Assembly (NCBI GenBank): GCA_964396595.1
Contig: CAYNFR010000011.1
Location: forward strand, 22,848-86,847
Direction: 5' to 3'
Length of the DNA stretch: 64,000 nt
Source: an uncultured Saprospiraceae bacterium
GTDB lineage: Bacteria; Bacteroidota; Bacteroidia; Chitinophagales; Saprospiraceae
Shown: positions 62,029 to 64,000 of the stretch, in pieces
Numbering within the stretch: position 1 is the stretch's first letter
Layout: each line of letters begins with the position of its first letter
Position numbers and translations under genes: made by a program
Notes under the pieces: generated by a model
Told to the model about the DNA's origin: nothing
Databases searched by the model: none
The model's input: the letters and a program-made list of their open reading frames with translations, nothing else

Positions 62029-62321
62029 TTGTTTAAATTTAAATTGTCATCATTTTGAGGCTCAGATTCAAGTCGTAAATGCAACTTTTTGGGAGATTAA
62101 AAAGGGTTTAATAATTTTTTCAAATCAAAGGAGCTATACCCCTTCCCCCTGAATGGTAAAGTCTTTATATTGTCTCCCGTCTAATCTGCCAATATGCAAT
62201 ACTAAACACAGGAACAAAAATACACAATAAGTGTACTGAGAGAACAGGGTTATAGCCAAAATGATATAACAAAATCTACGAACAAAGACAAGTCTACAGT
62301 AAGCCGAGAGTTGCATAGGAA

Positions 62322-62610
62322 TGGCGATCACACTCGCTGCCGCCCGGCCACTGATAATTTCTCTGGAGAGATTTGGGCCTGCAAGTACACCTGCTGGATG
62401 CCCAGGCAGTAGCTCGTCAATGATCTCCGTCATCCGCAGACTAGTACCATTCTCCAAGCCTATACTCAATCTTATGATGCGCACCCACGGTCTTACATAA
62501 GCAGAGCAGTCAGCAAGCACATTGCGGAAGCATTGGCAAGGAACACCCATAACCAGCATGTCAGCATAGTTAAGCTTCTTACCTTTAGCATTGTAGATGC
62601 GCTAGGCCGG
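62322..62610 (-). pseudogene. gpsA: Internal fragment of glycerol-3-phosphate dehydrogenase [NAD(P)+] (gpsA). It lacks the N-terminal Rossmann region and the C-terminal half.
   Basis: The minus-strand translation LAIYNAKGKKLNYADMLVMGVPCQCFRNVL...LENGTSLRMTEIIDELLPGHPAGVLAGPNLSREIISGRAAASVIA matches the GpsA mid-region (..ADLVLLVVPSQALREVL...AVLSGPSFAKEV..PTAVTVA). Similarity stops abruptly at both ends. There is a hairpin at the 5' breakpoint (62611..62640). Confidence 0.5.
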
Positions 62611-62713
62611 TTTGTCTTGTGTGAATGAAGCAAGACAAAATAAGAGAATGACCATCAATCAAAAGATTCGCAACATGGTATATAGGTTTTATTAGGCAAA
62701 CCATTCGATTTTT

Positions 62714-62751
62714 CAGAAAATAAAAAAAGCCAATCTTTGCAGATTGGCTTA
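62714..62751 (-). terminator. Rho-independent terminator of cspA (minus strand)
   Basis: The minus-strand hairpin aagccaatct-gcaa-agattggctt is followed by ttttttt. Confidence 0.55.
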
Positions 62752-62780
62752 GGTATTTTAAAAGAAGTATAAAGTTAATG

Positions 62781-62972
62781 TTAAATCACTTTAACATTAA
62801 CGGCATTCAATCCTTTTTTCCCTTCTTGTAGTTCGAATTCTACATTGTCACCTTCTTTTATCTCGTCTACTAGACCTGATACGTGTACAAAGTGATCTTT
62901 ACCCGAACCTTCTTCGCTGATAAATCCGAATCCTTTGGAATCATTGAAGAATTTAACTGTTCCTTTACTCAT
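62781..62972 (-). CDS. cspA: Cold-shock protein (CspA family)
   Basis: MSKGTVKFFNDSKGFGFISEEGSGKDHFVHVSGL...GLNAVNVKVI. RNP1/RNP2 motifs are present. I chose the start at MSKG (62972). Confidence 0.85.
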   Translation of the reverse strand: MSKGTVKFFNDSKGFGFISEEGSGKDHFVHVSGLVDEIKEGDNVEFELQEGKKGLNAVNVKVI

Positions 62973-63213
62973 TAGTATTGTATTATAAAATATTTTTAAA
63001 GCACAAAGATATATCAAACTATGGTCTCCCGCACAATTATTATTTATATATCCTTTAAAATCAGTAAAAACACATAAAAGTGCTTTGTTTAATACTGAAA
63101 GCTTGTCACTATTTGCCTTAATCTTCCTCTGATTTATCTACTTCCCCTCATTTTTTGCCTTCCTCTTCTTTGATAGTTTTCTCTTTTGGCTCCTTAGGTT
63201 TTTCGACATACTT

Positions 63214-63378
63214 TCATACGTTGACAGCATTAGGACCTTTTGGTCTCTTTCCTACCTCAAACTGTAGCTCATCATTTTAACCTACAGGTTCGCTTATATT
63301 ATTAATGTGCCAAAATACCGTGTATTTCGTTACATCACCAAAGATAAAGCCATAAGTCTTTTCGTCATTAACAAACAT
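63214..63378 (-). pseudogene. Second csp-family gene with an in-frame TAA (63277..63279)
   Basis: Hand translation gives MFVNDEKTYGFIFGDVTKYTVFWHINNISEPVG*NDELQFEVGKRPKGPNAVNV*. It aligns along the full length of the adjacent CspA (FND.KGFGFI...VFVH.S.I...FE...G.KGP.AVNV). Confidence 0.5.
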
Positions 63379-63577
63379 AATGCGCCCTCTTCGGACTCTT
63401 TCGATTACTACCGTCTCTCTTGGAATGGCACCTGGCGGGTCTCAGCTATGAGCATTCAGTGTTCTTAACCATTCAACTCCCTACGAAGAACTGAACGTCA
63501 AACTTGGTCATTTCCTGTCCTACGAAGTACGAATTTAAAATCAGCGAAGCTAAATCCCTGCTTGCATATAGGTGATG

Positions 63578-64000
63578 TTAGCGGTTCACTGGTGTCAGTG
63601 GATCAGTTTTGTTTTGTTGAAAATCTTCAGCACTCGTAAAATATTCGATAGTCAAAATCAACAGCATAAAACAAAGAAACGTGACTTTTTGCATTACAGC
63701 CAACAAACCCCAGTTCCCTGCGCCATACAAGTATAATGTGGAATAAAATATGAGTAGACTCACAATACAAAACAAGGTCAACCAATGAATCTTTGTCCTA
63801 AAGATAAAGACGGTAATGTAAAACAAACCAATCATGGTAACAGTACTTGAAACCGTTACCATAATGTCATGCAAGGGTGTTGCAATTAGAAATGTAAAAA
63901 GCATATTAACTAAACCAATAATTATTAAAACCAACTCTGTATGCTTGTGGGGTATTTTGCGAGAGGTATGAATAAAGAAAAGTCCATATCCAATTGAATT
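63578..64000 (-). CDS. Hypothetical polytopic membrane protein, 5'-partial (the ORF is open to the window end)
   Basis: Hydrophobic helices. The reading frame continues without a stop from 63934 to position 64000. Confidence 0.35.
   Translation of the reverse strand, partial: NSIGYGLFFIHTSRKIPHKHTELVLIIIGLVNMLFTFLIATPLHDIMVTVSSTVTMIGLFYITVFIFRTKIHWLTLFCIVSLLIFYSTLYLYGAGNWGLLAVMQKVTFLCFMLLILTIEYFTSAEDFQQNKTDPLTPVNR

Noticed and set aside
63479-63517. Short direct repeat cctacgaag x2 spaced about 30 bp apart upstream of the csp pseudogene
   Set aside because: It is only 9 bp with two copies, which fits chance or a promoter element. That is too little to call a repeat feature.
1-64000. CRISPR arrays, IS elements, integrases, phage structural genes, restriction-modification or other named defense systems
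   Set aside because: I saw no regularly spaced direct repeats, transposase/integrase motifs (DDE, tyrosine-recombinase R..H..Y) or nuclease/methylase motifs in any frame.

Overview
This is a 64-kb chromosomal segment that looks like Bacteroidota. The evidence is several T9SS C-terminal sorting domains, DUF4295/DUF1573/DUF3127 proteins, a long-form LepB, and GC of roughly 40%. It is gene-dense: about 58 protein-coding genes, one tRNA-Arg(ACG), and no rRNA, CRISPR array, IS element, integrase or phage genes that I can recognise.

Most genes are housekeeping:
- RNA modification and translation: rlmB, rsmA, tgt, rlmD, rpmB-rpmG-DUF4295-ftsY, lepA, hemA, hpf, an ABC-F ATPase.
- Envelope and transport: lepB, MlaEF-like ABC transporter, a lytic transglycosylase, an OmpA-family protein, rfbA.
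- Stress and metabolism: an Hsp70 paralog, cspA.

Accessory content:
- Two large T9SS-sorted surface proteins, one with bacterial C-type lectin, HYR and GEVED domains, and one 1360-aa multi-domain adhesin.
- A T9SS-sorted S8 subtilase.
- A kynurenine-pathway mini-operon: an unknown double-hotdog-like protein, a cyclase/KynB-like protein and kynureninase.
- A YqiJ(NfeD)-flotillin operon.
- A DUF2207 membrane protein.
- A wax-ester-synthase (WS/DGAT) fused to an SCP2 domain and flanked by lipoproteins.
- A co-oriented GH3 + Hsp70 pair.

The most unusual sequence-level observations are two small genes that are intact except for a single in-frame TAA. One is an orphan HigA-like antitoxin at 5609..5899 and the other is a second csp copy at 63214..63378. 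There is also an internal fragment of gpsA at about 62322..62610 in the same decaying right-hand region. I did not find a recognisable defense island. The candidates for something undescribed are the operon-coupled unknown proteins: 2442..3179 with the kynurenine genes, 42324..43202 overlapping lepB, the GH3-Hsp70 pair, and the WS/DGAT-SCP2 locus.
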